NCBI GenBank assembly: GCA_024137785.1
Contig: JAHRHZ010000026.1
Location: 1,047,126 to 1,111,125 of the forward strand
Origin: Ginglymostoma cirratum
Lineage: Eukaryota
DNA length: 64,000 nt
Reading direction: 5' to 3'
Both the position numbers and the translations under genes were made by a program. The notes below the pieces were generated by a model. The model saw only the letters and a program-made list of their open reading frames with translations. It searched no databases and was not told where the DNA came from. Positions 38,205-51,375 of this stretch are shown one piece after another (position 1 is the first letter of the stretch; every line of letters begins with the position of its first letter).

Positions 38205-38713
38205 TGAGATAACAAGGCGTGGGGCTGGATGAACACAGCAGGCCAAGCAGCATCATAGGAGCAGGAAAGCTTGACGTTTCGGGCCTAGACCCTTCATCAG
38301 AAATGGGGGAGGGGAAGGGGGTTCTGAAATAAATAGGGAGAGAGGGGGAGGCAGGTAGAGGATGGATAGAGGAGAGGATAGGTGGAGAGGAGGCAGACAA
38401 GTTGAAGAGGCGGGGATGGAGCCAGTAAAGGTGAGTGTAGGTGGGGGGGTGGGGTGGTGGGTGGTAGGGAGGAGATAGGTCAGTCCAGGGAGGACAGACA
38501 GGTCAAGGGGACGGGATGATGTTAGTAGGTAGGAGATGGGGGTGGGGCTTGAGGTGGGAGGAGGGGATAGGTGAGAGGAAAAACAGGTTAGGGAGGTGGA
38601 GATGAGCTGGGCTGGTTTTGGGATGCAGTTGGGGGAGGGGAGATTTTGAAGCTTGTGAAATCCACATTGATACCAATGGGCTGCAGGGTTCCCAGGCTGA
38701 ATATGATTTGCTG
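38205..38713 (-). mobile_element. Penelope-like element 3' end: GIY-YIG C-terminus, pyrimidine-rich UTR, pseudo-LTR with hammerhead-like motif
   Basis: Minus strand encodes QQIIFSLGTLQPIGINVDFTSF, matching the LIFRLGTLQPxGxN terminus of Penelope GIY-YIG ORFs. It is followed by CTGATGAAGGGTCTAGGCCCGAAACGTC at 38300-38273. Confidence 0.8.
38273..38300 (-). ncRNA. Minimal type I hammerhead ribozyme-like motif
   Basis: CUGAUGA-A, stem II GGGU/CUAG/GCCC, GAAA-CG-UC, with a palindromic ACGU in place of helix III, as in Penelope-associated minimal hammerheads. Confidence 0.6.
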
Positions 38714-38787
38714 TCTATTTCTCAAGGTAATTGTACTGTATTGATGCTGGTCATCTTATTATTTAAAAAATGGAATGGAAAAGAATA

Positions 38788-38992
38788 AAACAAAGAACTG
38801 TTGGAGATCTGAAACAAAAACAGATATTGTTAGAGAAACTCAGCAGTTCCAGCAACCTCTGTGGAAAGAGGACACAGTTGACTTTTCAGGTCCAGTCATG
38901 AAGGGTCACTGGACCTGAAACATTTACTCTGCATTTTTTTTTCCCCAAAGATGCTGCCACACCTGCTGAGTTTGTCCAGCAGTTTCTGTTTG
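38788..38992. mobile_element. Fold-back Penelope-derived mini-element
   Basis: Inverted arms centred on TTCAGGTCCAGT...ACTGGACCTGAA, with ATGAAGGGTCACTGGACCTGAAAC. Confidence 0.65.
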
Positions 38993-39499
38993 AGGTATGG
39001 AAAACATCTCGGTTAAGGCAGAATTGCACTCCAGTAGAATATGAGTCCAAATCCTGACGTGGAAATTGAGTCAACAGCTTTCTGGGTCAGTGTTAGGAAT
39101 AAACCAAGGCTCATATTGGAAAAAGAATGGAAATTCATACCAGAATGAGGTGATAGGGCTGCCCTGGGTTTGATGATTTGGCAGGTGCCCAATGCCAGGC
39201 AGCTCCTTCCCCTAAAAGCATGTTCATCAAAAGCGAAGGTGCCCACAAATGGGCAAGCTAAAGAAAAGTAGACTCTGTATGTATACAAATATCTGCTTCA
39301 TGTCAGAGCACGGAAATCCACACAGACCCTCCTCTCAGAGCTACGATGGGAGAAAAATATCACATTAGGAGAACCTCTTGGGTTTTTACTCTCCAGGTGG
39401 TGTGTATTTTTGGGACCTTTACTGTTCAGCTTCAGAAAGGACACAAACACATGAACATTTATGTGCAGCAAAAGTCTTCCATGATTATCCTATGACCTA

Positions 39500-39680
39500 T
39501 AATGCTGGACTATTTATTTCTTTACTTTTCTAATTTTTGATGCTTCCTAAGAATTTGATCTTAAGTATCTGCACCTAGGTACCTTTGTACCTAAGATGGC
39601 CCTGTAATGCTGCAACAGTAAACTTTTCACTGTATTCATTTGAGTACATGTGACAATAAAGCTAATTCAATTCAGTTCAG
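39500..39680 (+). mobile_element. Rex1/Babar-like LINE 3' tail
   Basis: TTTTCACTGTA...TACATGTGACAATAAAG followed by (ATTCA)n-like repeats; a similar tail lies at ~44540-44720. Confidence 0.45.
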
Positions 39681-39939
39681 ATTGGTCATGACAGTACTAA
39701 ATAAGTTGGGAGAGAGGAAAAGCTGGCACAGTGGACAGAGTTAGAAGCTTGAATCTGTCCAGCAGATGACAAATATATTTTCTCTCAACAGGATTGGTAG
39801 CACCTGTAGCTAATGATGTCACAGTTCGACTAGACCATAGGGCTGCTCTCTTATCAGAGAGAAATGACGGGTGGGGATTTAACTTGACAGTTGCCATTCT
39901 TCATGTGAGGGGAGAGGTTGTGAAAGAGAGTCCTTCGTG

Positions 39940-40092
39940 GAAAGAAAAACTGTTAAAGTTTCAAGTCCAGAAAGGTCAATGGACCCAAAATATTAACTCT
40001 GTTTCTCTCTCCACAGATGTTGCCAGACTTGCCAAGTTTATCCAGCAATTTCTGTTTTATTTCCGATTTCCAGCATCTACAGTTTGTTTTCA
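39940..40092 (+). mobile_element. Penelope-derived mini-element (degenerate)
   Basis: Matches the TTAACTCTGTTTCTCTCTCCACAGATGCTGCCAGAC family consensus seen in other copies. Confidence 0.6.
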
Positions 40093-40919
40093 TTTCACTT
40101 AGCCAGGTGTGGGAACAAAGTATGAGAGGACAAATTTAGGAACAGTTTCCAAATTTTGGATATGCTTGTGCTCTTTAGAGAGTAAACTTGATATGAGCAG
40201 AAAGAGGTTTGGCACAAAAAGAAAACAAACTTTTTGTTGACTGTGGGTTGAGGAATAGAAACAAGGTGATTCTACCTGATGTCACAGAAGATATAATATC
40301 AACAGATAAAAGACCAAATCTGCAGCCATTAAATGAAAGAGGTGTAAGCTATTGTTACAACTTGGAAGAGAAATGAAGAAAAAAGCAATTACTTGCAAGA
40401 TTGTGAGACAGACGGAGTCCAAGACAACTCCAATACACCGCAGTGAGATTAATGTCCCAATATACCATATGCCAAGTGGTAAATACTAGACCAGCTATTG
40501 TGAGAATGCGCCAACAGAGAACAGATACTTCCATAAAAAGCAAAACAAAACGTGTGGTAAATCACTGCCATATCCTGAGTGTAGATCTTGAAGTGATACT
40601 AACCTAGCCTCTGGGAGAAAGTTGTGAGCCTGTTTTGTTGAGTACTTTAAGCACAAGTCCCTAAAAAATTCAACTAAAGGACAGAAACCATATTGAGGAA
40701 ATAAAGAACGAGTTTGCATAATTTCCAAATAAAGAAAAACAAATGACAAAATAGAATCCTGCTGAACACACCACTTGACTGTCCTCAACACTGTGCAGAA
40801 CATGTTCAGATTTTCTCTTTGGTTTAAATTTCTGCTTGTGCATATTCTGTTAAAACAGGTATTCTGTTCTTTCTTTCTCAAGTGCTTTAGTTGAATTTTC
40901 TTTGATTAATTTGCAATTC

Positions 40920-41270
40920 TGACAGGAAAGGATATTCCTAATGACCTGGGGGCCAATAGCCAGGGTTCAAAGTCTAAGGGTGTGGGGTGGGCCATTTAGG
41001 ACTGACATGCGGAGAAATATCTTCACCAAGCGAGTGGTGAGCCTGTGGAATTCTCTGCCATAGAAAGCAGTTAGGGCCAAACCATTGAATGCTTTCAAGA
41101 AGGAGTGAGATGTGGTTCAGGGGGCTAAAAGGATCACAGGGTATGAGGAGAAAGTGGGAACAGGGACTGAATTGGATGATCAGCTGTGATCATATTGAGT
41201 GGTGGAGCAGGCTCAAAGGGCTGAAAGGCTAACTCCTGCTCCTGTTTTTCATATTTTCTAGTTTCTATGA
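40920..41270 (+). mobile_element. CR1 3' end
   Basis: PFRTDMRRNIFTKRVVSLWNSLP plus tail. Confidence 0.8.
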
Positions 41271-42729
41271 AAGCAGTTATGTATCCATTTAGATTAATGT
41301 ACAATTCCCTTAGCTCCCAGGGAGATCCTGTAATGCTGTGGTGGTTTTCCTTACGAAATCTATGAACACTTCAGAATTTGGATACTTGACATGTTTCTTC
41401 CTTCAGTCTTTTTCCTGAGTCTTTCTACAGTTATCTCACAAAGGCATTCATTCACAATGAATAAAGTCCCAGCTCCCTCTGAGATGCAGCTCTATGGTAC
41501 AATAAACTAGTGATAATGTTGCTGGACCAGTAACCTAGAAGTCTGGATTAATGCAGTTAATGGAATGGAGCATCAAGTGCTGTGTGTAACAGGAGGACAG
41601 TCCAATAGTGGCATGGACAAGTTGGGCTGAAGGGCCTTTTTCCTCGAGGGCCTATTTTGTGTCACCCGTTGAGATCAAATCCGACACCACTGAGTGATAG
41701 TAGCCTGTTTAACCAATGGGGAAAGTCACAGTAGAACGTGACCCCCATCTCCAAGCAGCTCCATCAACAGGAACCGCGACAGAATAATTAAACTCAGGTG
41801 AATTACTCTTTCAACACCTCTGTTCAAAATGAAGACGGGTTGACCTTTTATTGATTCCATACTGTTGTATTTCATTTCATTCCTCATCAAATAAGATCCA
41901 CATAAGATTATTTATTCTCAATGGAGATCCCTGACATGATCAAAAATATTTCATCTTTACGCGGTTTTCAAATTTTCACATTTAGTTCTCTAACCCGTGT
42001 ATCACAATTGCTTCATGATTGATAGGCTAAGGTCTGAATCACATGGAAATAAGATATGGCTGTTTCAGATTCACTTCCACAAAGATTTATCTAAATACTT
42101 TAAAAAACTGAATTGATTTATATTATAATTGTTGCTGAATAAATATTAATTACTGTCAAGTGGGATAAAAAACTGGACAAATTTATCAACTGCTGAGCAT
42201 TGGACTAGTGAAGCTGAGAGCTGAAAATTGTACCCAATGACCTGTTTCTCTGCTGAAAAATGAAATCTTTCAAAAGTTTCTGCAAGGAGGATGTGTGTGT
42301 GAAGGACAGCAATGTACTGTAACTTTTAACTATATTTTCTATCATTGCATGATATGTCCTTCAGAGATATTCTTTCTCTGTAAGATAAGTTTTATTCAAA
42401 AATTTCTTGTTCCTGCTAAAGAGAGAGATTAACTTGCGTTTACAGGTTGATTATTACCTACACAAACATTAAGAATTAGTGAGATAATAATATTTACGGA
42501 ATTACAAATGAATTCTCCCCCTTTTGTATTTGATTTTATCAGATGAAAACTGACTTCTGAAATATTGCCTTCCCATAAGGTATAATAGATGGCCAACAGG
42601 AATCATGGTTTGCATTGCTGTGAAACAACTCAATGATTTGGATTTGTATCCTTCGTTAAAATAGTATGCATTTTCTAACTCCCAATATGACTACAAACCT
42701 GCAGTATTAATCGGAACTATCTATGGTAT

Positions 42730-44040
42730 TGAAATAACTCGACAGAGGCTGGCATCCTGTCACCATGTCACCCTTTATTTACACATGGAGAGTCCTTGAC
42801 ACTGATCTAGCTTCCTTAGAGCCAGCTCTCGAAATGAACAGATCCTCAAACACTCCTCATTTTATCTGTCAGCCAGGGCCCCCTGATTAGGTAAGGTTAA
42901 CAGCCCCAATCAGGGGACTCATATTTTATGAGGTCCACCTGGCTGAATTCATTACAATCACTACATCCCTCCCCCTCAGTCTGAGGACATAGGCCAGTTT
43001 TTTTTTGTAGCTCCTCCTGGGGCATTTTAGCATTGGGTTAGGTTCCTCCAACACTGCTTCTGACACAGGTGGCATGCAAAGCGCAGTAGTTCACCACTTG
43101 CGCTCAGAAAAAAATTGTTCTCCTCTTCAAACAACAAAGACATTAAGGTGGCAACATCCACCATCTCCATCTCAGATTCCAAGGTATATGTGTGCATTTG
43201 TCAAACGAGCTGCCAGAAAAAGAGGGGGAGGCTGGTACAACTACAACATTTAAAAGGCATTGGGACGGGTGCATGAATACGAAGGGCTTAGAGGGATATA
43301 GGTCAAATGCTGCCAAATGGTACTAGATTACTTTAGGCTATCTGGTCAGCATGGACGAGTTGGACTGAAGGGCCTGTTTCCGTGCTGTATTTCTCTAGGA
43401 TTCCCACTTTTTGCTCATACACTTTGATGTCTTTAGTCCCCTGAACTTGATAGAGTGGGAAAACCTGGAAGGTCCAGACAGTCGGAAATTTATTCACTCA
43501 TGGGATGAGGGTGTCGTTGGCTAGGCAGTATTTATCGCCCATCCCTAATTGCCCAGAGGGCAGTTAAGAGTCAACCACATTGCTATGGGTCTGGAGTCCC
43601 AAGTAGGCCAGAACAGGTAAGGATGGCAGTTTCCTTCCTTAAAGGGCATTAGTGAACCAGATGGGTTTTTCCGACAATTGACAATGGATTCATGGTCATC
43701 ATCAGATCCTTAATTCCAGATATTTATTGAAATTCCACCATCTGCCATGGCAGGATTTGAACCCAGGTCCCCAGAACATTATCTGGGTCTTTGGATTAAC
43801 AGTCCAGCGATATTACCACAGGGCCATCGTCTCTCCGAAAAGGTAGTTGACAAGCTGGGCACATTTTGCTCCCACACCGTTTGCAAATTTGCAGCTCTCA
43901 TACGGTCCACATGCTTGTTCAGGACCATCACACCTACCCAAACTGGACCTGACCTCACACCAACCATGCCTCTTACCCATGCAGGGCTATTCCCGTGGTT
44001 TGTACCCTGAAGTTCAAGAGTAAGACACGCTGGCTCAGCC
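42730..44040 (-). mobile_element. Second copy of the same Gypsy-type remnant (LTR 42730-42965), interrupted by a CR1 tail and a SINE
   Basis: 236-bp TG...CA LTR with AATAAA; PPT GAGGGGGAGGGA; ORF 43779-44042 (AWVRGMV..RSGPV..VLNKHVDRM) resembles a Gypsy integrase C-terminus. Confidence 0.7.
43488..43835 (-). mobile_element. tRNA-derived SINE (dominant family) inside the Gypsy remnant
   Basis: Full-length family match. Confidence 0.85.
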
Positions 44041-45287
44041 AATATAACCCAATCCCATGAAACAGTAAAATATGCATCTACTCATGGTTGTAAGGGAGAA
44101 TTTTATTGAAGTCATTCCTAAGTCTGTCATTTAGCCAAGACATTAAGGTGAGCACTTCTGAGAGAATGGAACTGTTCTCTTCACAATTATCTGATGAAGA
44201 ACATGGAGTTCTCTGGGTGTCCTGGCAAATATCTTTCCCTCAGTCAACATCACCAGGTATAGTGTCTCTGGTCACCAACCGTGTTGGTGTTTGCGGGACT
44301 TTGCTGTTTAAGACTAATTCCACATTTTCCATGTTACTACAGCAGTTACTCCTTATGTAGAAAAACTACTCAGACACAGTGTTGCCCTGAACTTGTGGAA
44401 GCTGCCATAAACATGGAAACTTCTTCTCTCTTTTGCTCTCCTCCAATATAAAGAGAGAGAGCAGAACTGTTTTTAGGAACAGGAAATGTCATGGAAAAGT
44501 ATAAAGGTGGATAAAGTTGTTCAACGTTTAAAAGTTGATTTTGTTCAATGTTCAAGACTTGATCTTTCTCTGCACCTTCTCTGTAGCTGTTATACTATAT
44601 TCTGCTTTCTGTTCTAGTACCCTGATGTATTTATGTAAGGCATGATTTATCCGGTTAACAAGCAAAACAATATTTGTCACTGTATCTTGGTACATATAAT
44701 AAATAATAAATCAAATCAATATAACTAAACCAAGCAATCTGCCTTCCCAATATAACCTTTAATCCCTTGTCTTTCAAACAACACAGTCTGACTGGCTGCT
44801 TATCCTACATGTACTGTCCCCTTCCAGGTCAATTCAGTTAACAATTGCCTTATTCTTTGCAGCCATACAATCTACTCACCTTCCCAATTTAGTCCTAACT
44901 TCCTCATTTTAACCTGTACCCTTAGTATTTGACCTGTGGTAAATGATTCACCTGCACCAATCTTCTCAGTCTGTTGTAACATTTCAGCCTGAAAACATTC
45001 CATATACGGCTAATATCAGTTTCTCATTTCTAAGCAAATTATTTCCCAGTTGTAATAACAAGGTCCATCTGCTTTGCAGGTCTCTACTTCAGCCGTTCAC
45101 AGTGTCTGAAGTTAATCATTTGGCCCATGCGAATGTGCCAGCAATTAGTTACTAACTGCTCTGTGGAACTCTTGTAAACGTTTCCTGAAAATCCAATACA
45201 GTGATAGTGGATTAAAGTCCAAGGTAGAATGAGGATGCATTGGCACTGGACAGAGTGTCTTGACGGAGCAAATAGCTCCAACTCAAA

Positions 45288-45497
45288 TGAAACAAAGAAT
45301 TGTGATGCTGGAAATCAAAGACGAAAACAGAAATTGCTGGAGAAACTCAGCAGATTTGGCAGCATCTGTGGAGAGAAATCAGAGTTAATGTTTTGCATCT
45401 AGTGTGTTCTGAAGAAGGCCACTAAACTCGAAAAGTCAACTCTGCCTTCTCTCCACTGATGCTGCTAGATCTATTGAGTTTCTGCAGCAATTTCTGT
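45288..45497. mobile_element. Fold-back Penelope-derived mini-element
   Basis: 11-bp TSD TCCAACTCAAA (45277-45287 and 45498-45508); inverted arms; CTGAAGAAGG...CGAAA at the centre. Confidence 0.75.
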
Positions 45498-45607
45498 TCC
45501 AACTCAAACTGGGTTTTCTCATTATAGATTTTAATTTTCTCTGTTGAAAATACCAATAATGTCTCTGAAGAACAGAATGTTAGCTTAATGAAACTTCTTC
45601 TCTTAAT

Positions 45608-45958
45608 TTATTCATTCATGGGATGAGGGTGTCGCTGGCTGGGCAGCATTTATTACCCATCCCTAATTGCCCAGAGGGCAGTTCAGAGTCAACAACATTG
45701 CTGTGGGTCTGGGGTCACATGTAGGCCAGAACAGGTAAGGATGGCAGTTTGCTTCCCTAACGGACACTAGTGAACCAGGTGAGTTTTGCCCTGACAATTG
45801 ACAATGGGTTCATGGTCACCATTAGATTCTTAATTCCAGTTTTTTTAAAACTGACTTCAAATCCCACAATGGCAGGATTTGAACCTGGGTCCCCAGAATA
45901 TTATCTGAGTCTCTGGATTAACAGTCCAGCAATAATACCACTAGGCCATTGCCTCCCC
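45608..45958 (-). mobile_element. tRNA-derived SINE (dominant family), full length
   Basis: Minus-strand head GGGAGGCAATGGCCTAGTGG...GGTTCAAATCC. Confidence 0.85.
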
Positions 45959-46829
45959 ATACTTGAGAGGTTTCAGCCCTGTGGTACACGTTGGTATCCA
46001 TTTAGCATTTCTATTCAAATCTTTCTTGTTTTTACTCAGGGAGTGAATGAATTGAGTGCATTATGATCGACCTGCAATTGTGTAGGAGACACTTAAACAA
46101 GTATGACTAGTCTTTAAGATACTTGACAATACATAATGGCAGAGTTCTGGTCAGAAGTAGTTTAGCGATAAATTTGCCACTGTAGAAAGAATGAGTCCAC
46201 ATGACAAAAACAAGGCAGTTAAAGAAAAAAAAACTAAAGAAATTGAAGAGGCATGAGATAGATGAAAATAAATCAAGTTTCCACGTACAGACATTATTTA
46301 ATATGCAAAGGTAAAGGACGACATTCCGATGATCCCTAATCCCATATAATTTACAGCACAGACACAACTCATTTATCCCGGTCAATTATTGCTAGTTGTA
46401 ATATGATACATGAGCATCTCCAAATCCACCCCTTCCACACATCCCTCATTTGCTTTCTCCCTTGTGTACTTAACTAGCCTCCCCTAAAATGCATCTAACC
46501 CATTTGCCACAATTACTCCATGTTGTAGTAGGCTTCACACTATAATCGCTTATTCACTGTCCTTCAAATGCTTCCGAGCAGGGAGTCCCCTATTTCTGCA
46601 ATTTTTTTCTAAATGATGTCATTCTTCAGGCTTGTGGCAAGAAGACAGTGATACTTTAGAAAGATTGTATTTACTGTCCCTTCGTGAATGAGCACACCAT
46701 GAAGAAGAATGGAAAAGACTAGCCATTGAGTTTACCCAATCATTCATGAAGTTACTCTCACACATCAAGACCTCAACTCCATGCACGTGTAATCTCCTGG
46801 AAGCTTCAAATATAACATTAAAATGTTGG

Positions 46830-47340
46830 AATTCTGTGAATAGTTTTGGTCTTCTTATCTAAGAAAAGATTTATTGACAATGGAGGCAATCTAGAGAAGT
46901 TTCACTAGGCTGATCCCGGGTACGAAGGGATTTTTTTATGAGGAGAGGTTGAGTACATTGACCTCTGCTCAATGGAGAGAAGACTTTATTGAAAAATGTA
47001 AACAATTATCTGGGGGCTTGACAGGGTAGTTGTAAAAAGGTTGTCTTCCCTTGTTGGAAAGTCTTGGACCAGAGAGCATAATCTCAGAATAAGGGGTTGC
47101 TCATTTAAGAGAGAGATGAGGAGGAATTGTTTTCTCTATGAGGGCTGTCAATAATGGATTATTAAGTATATTCAAAGCTGAGGAGACAGATTTTTAATCA
47201 GGGAGAGAGTCCAGGGTTATGGGGTAAAGGGAGGCAAGAGGAGGTGAGGATTATTTGATCAACCGTGATCTCATTGAATGGCAGACCAGTGATAGGCTGA
47301 ACTGCATCCTTCTGTTCTCATGTTTTATAGTCTTATAGTC
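46830..47340 (+). mobile_element. CR1 3' portion
   Basis: LEFCE*FWSSYLRKD-like remnant through to the tail. Confidence 0.8.
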
Positions 47341-48574
47341 ACACAATCTTCTGGTTTAGGGCTAACAGATTTGTGTAGCAAGTCGTGACTGATGAGGAAC
47401 CTCAGACTATAATGTATTTAACTTGTACATCTTCTAAATTGTAATGCATCCAATTAGTTTCAGCTTTGATAACATTAACAGTCTGAATATGATGGACCTA
47501 ATGGCCTCCTACTATGCTGTATCATTGCATAATTTTTTTTCTTAAATAGCATGGTTGAACTGCAACAAACATCTTCGGTAAGACAATGTCAACACCATTC
47601 TCTACTGCAGCTTAGAAAGTTTATAATTCACAGTCCAGTCACAGAATAATTGCACAGGCACTTAAAATAAGTTAATGCCTCATGAATATGTTTCCTGCCA
47701 CCACAAATAAATTAAGCAAAGCCATTAATGTCAAATCAGCAATTTTTAAATTCTATTGAACAGTGAGAAGTAGACTCTGCAAGGCATGATAGCAGAAATA
47801 AAAATGACATGGGATTTGGAGGGGGGGTTGTTATCAGAGACATTGAAGGCTGACAGAACAAGGTAAATGATAATGCAGAACAAAAAAAAGTAAGGTGTGC
47901 TTAAGAAACAATCAATTTATTTAGCATCGCCAGAAATCTTGTGATGGTTTAACTTGGCAATAGACTGTTGTCAGAAGAGTTCAACCTCCGCATAAATCAC
48001 AGGGACAGCAAACCCCACAACGTGCCTGTTGGACCTAATGGATATGTATTCTATTCAGGCACTCAGAACTTAGTTAAGAGTTATGTAGAGTGGTCACAGG
48101 TTCAGACTAGTGACAATAATGCCAACATAACCAGGGAAAGGAAATGAATGTTGTCGCATTTTGATGAGAAAGTACACTGTAAGAAACTAATGAACTCACA
48201 AATGCTAAAAACAAAAACTAATTCCAAATGCATCAAAAGGATGTGCTTGTGAGTGAACTGTGTCATAACAGAACACATTGAAAGTGTACAGCATTGAGAT
48301 AAGATCTTTTAAGCTTCTGGATTCTTTGTTTTAGACCCATCTATGAAACATATTCAGACCATTTTCGTCTCTAACTGCCCCCACCCACTTTTCAAATCTT
48401 CTTTCATAGTTTTTTTTTGAGAGGGAAGATGAATTGTTGCTTTGAAGCTGTTCAAAAGCTTTGGTACAAAGATGATTTTATGTTCTGAAGAAGTCATTCC
48501 AGGATCAAAATGTTGGGATATTACCAGACCCGCTGAGTTTCTCCAGAAATTTCCCTTTTTATTCCTAATTTTAT

Positions 48575-49010
48575 GTGTGTTGACCTTGGCTCAGAAGGCA
48601 GTACTCTTATCTTGGAGTCGAATGATTGTGAGTTAAGGTCCCACTTCAGAGATCTAAGCACATAATCTCGGCTGACCACCCAGTTATAGAACTGTAGAAG
48701 TTGTGCTGTTTAAAGAAGATATTAAAACAAGATTACATCTGCCTTCCCAAGTGGATGAGAGTTTCTGTGGAGCTTATTGAAGAAGAATAAGAGAGGCCTT
48801 ATCCCTGAGATCGTGGTCAATAATTAACTTGCAACCAACAACAATATGATGACCACATTTCTGTTTGTGGGAGCTTGCTGTGCGCATATTGATAGCCATG
48901 TTTCCTGCATTAGAAATGTGGCAGTGTTTCAAAAGATTTATTCACTATAAAATATTGTGGTATGCTCTGAGATCATGAAAGGTGCAATATAAATGCAAAT
49001 TCTTTCCTTT
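48575..49010 (+). mobile_element. Deu-domain SINE (decayed, near full length)
   Basis: tRNA-like head, GTGGGAGCTTGCTGTGCGCA core and AAATGCAAATTCTTTC tail. Confidence 0.6.
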
Positions 49011-51199
49011 TCTCTTTACTATCTTTTGATACATTCATCACATCTCATTGTTGGAATTAAGTTTCTTTCTTTATTGTGAAAGTAATGTTAATTATTAAAG
49101 CCCATAATACAGGACGTTAGCAAAGAGAAGGTACGTTCGCCATTCTTTTTGATTCTGTCAAATCATGGCAAATCTGTGAAGCTGGATCCAACTCTGACTT
49201 ATTTTTTCTACTACATACTAATCAACACAATGACACTGTCATGGTAAAGAAAGAATATTCATTTGTATAGCGCCTTTCACAGACTCAAGGTGCTCTCAGT
49301 GCTTCACAATCAACAACTAAATCTTGCCGGTAATAACCAAATCCTGCGTACAAACAGGAAAAGCTATTCAGGTAATAATGCTGCAATTAAAAGTAATTGC
49401 AATGCAACTGCATGCAAATGTGAAGTGAATACAATTATCTAAGATGATATTAAGTTGACTTTAAACATTTGTTATACTGTCACACAAAGTCAAAACTATA
49501 CTGAGTGATCCAGCAGGGTGACATGTTCTGTAGAATATCCACAACTTAAAATGAAAAGGATTATCTCAATGTTTGACATATGATTGGACTATTTCAGCCA
49601 TCAATAAATCGGATAAATATAAATTCTGCTTATAGAATGTTTCTGTCACATGGAAGCCAAAAGCTTTATTTCCTTGTAGGATTATACCCCACAAATGGAG
49701 ACAATTTGCTTTTTGGATTTGTAGTCTGGATAATTCATCTCCATTGATGAATGTTCACAACGCTGATGTCGCATTTGGCCTAAAGATAAGCTTCCAAGTA
49801 TGTAATCCCATCGTCACTAAAGCCAACTATTTTCAATTCCATAACATCACAAGTCCACCTGTTGATCTGCTGCTGAAATCTTCATTTATAAATATTTCAA
49901 ATCTAGCCCTGACTGTTCCAATGCATTTCTGACCAGTCTCTCACTTTCCCTAAGCCTGGGCTTTCCAAAGCTCTGAAATAAAAACAGAAAGTGTCAGTGA
50001 AATCCAATTGGTCTGGCAGCATCTGTGATGACAGAAACGGAGTTGACATTTTGAGTCTGATATGACTGTTCTTTGGAACTATCCAAAACTCTCCTCCTGA
50101 CAAACAAGTCCCTTTCACCTCTCCAATTACAAACCCAAATTGGTTCCTAGCTTAGTAAAGCCTTGCTTTTAAAATTCTTATCCTTGTTTTCCTCCATAAT
50201 CTTACCTTTTGTAGTTTCTGTCACCTTCTCGGATCCATTATCCTCTAAGCTTTGATCTCCAATTCTAACCTCCTTAGTATCCCTCATTGATGATCCCCCT
50301 CAAATTTCCAACAACGTGACTGGTTGTTAATCTAATTAAACATACTTTTACCTTTAGGGATTGAGAAATGTTTATCCCATGGTACCAAAGGCGTAACTTT
50401 GTGCCTTTTGCAAATCATATAGCAACTTTTTCTGTTCCCCGGGCCCACCACATTGATATTGATGAATACCACTTGTCATGCCTAACTTGGATAGTGCACT
50501 GGAATTTTAAGCGCCAGTATTCCTGGAGTCAACACAGAAGATAGAGTTTTTATCAAAGTATCAAAATTCTCCAATGTATCCATCTTTTTAGACTCAGGTT
50601 AACAGAAAGCATGGACCTGGTTTCTGTACTTAACAAGAATTGTTATTAATTGCAAATAGACCGATCCTAGCAACAGGTAAACAATTATGAACCATAGTCA
50701 TGTAACTCTCCTGGTTAAAACACTAGTCTCCCCACAGACACATAGAGAGAGCCACAGACAAAACATGGGTGCTATGGGGGGGAGGGAAAGACCAGGAAGG
50801 CAGTTCAATGGTCCTTGTCCACAGGGTTTGCTGAAATGATCCTTTTGGCTTGCCAGTACTTTATCTTCCTTCTCCAGGTGCTTTCACTTCTTGGACGAGG
50901 CACAAAGTGACTGGTTCACAACTTACAAAGTTTCTGACTTACTAGCTAAGAGCCCAGCTTCCAGCAACTGACGAAGGGAAGTAAATTAACTTTCTTCAGG
51001 CTTGATGTGTTTTATACTTCGGAGACAAAGACAGTGCCTTCCTTTCGGGTTTCTGAAGGCTTCCACCCAAACTTTCATAACTACAAGTTGTTCAGCTTCC
51101 TTGATGTCAATTACATAATTGTTGGCATGCATAAGACATTTGGCATTGTCGATGGGTCACCATTCCACATGAATCCAATGTCAATTATTGGAAGAACAC

Positions 51200-51375
51200 A
51201 TCTGGTTCAATAATGTTCTTTAGGGAAGGAAACTGCCGTCCTTACCTGGTCTGGCTTACATGCGACTCCAGACCCACGGTGATGTGGTTGACTCTGAACT
51301 GCTGTCTGGGCAATTATGGATGGGCGATAAATGCTGGCCTAACCAGTAATGCCCTCATCCTGTTAATGAATTAAA
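51200..51375 (+). mobile_element. 3' half of a dominant-family SINE
   Basis: Reverse complement of the core seen in the minus-strand copies. Confidence 0.75.
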
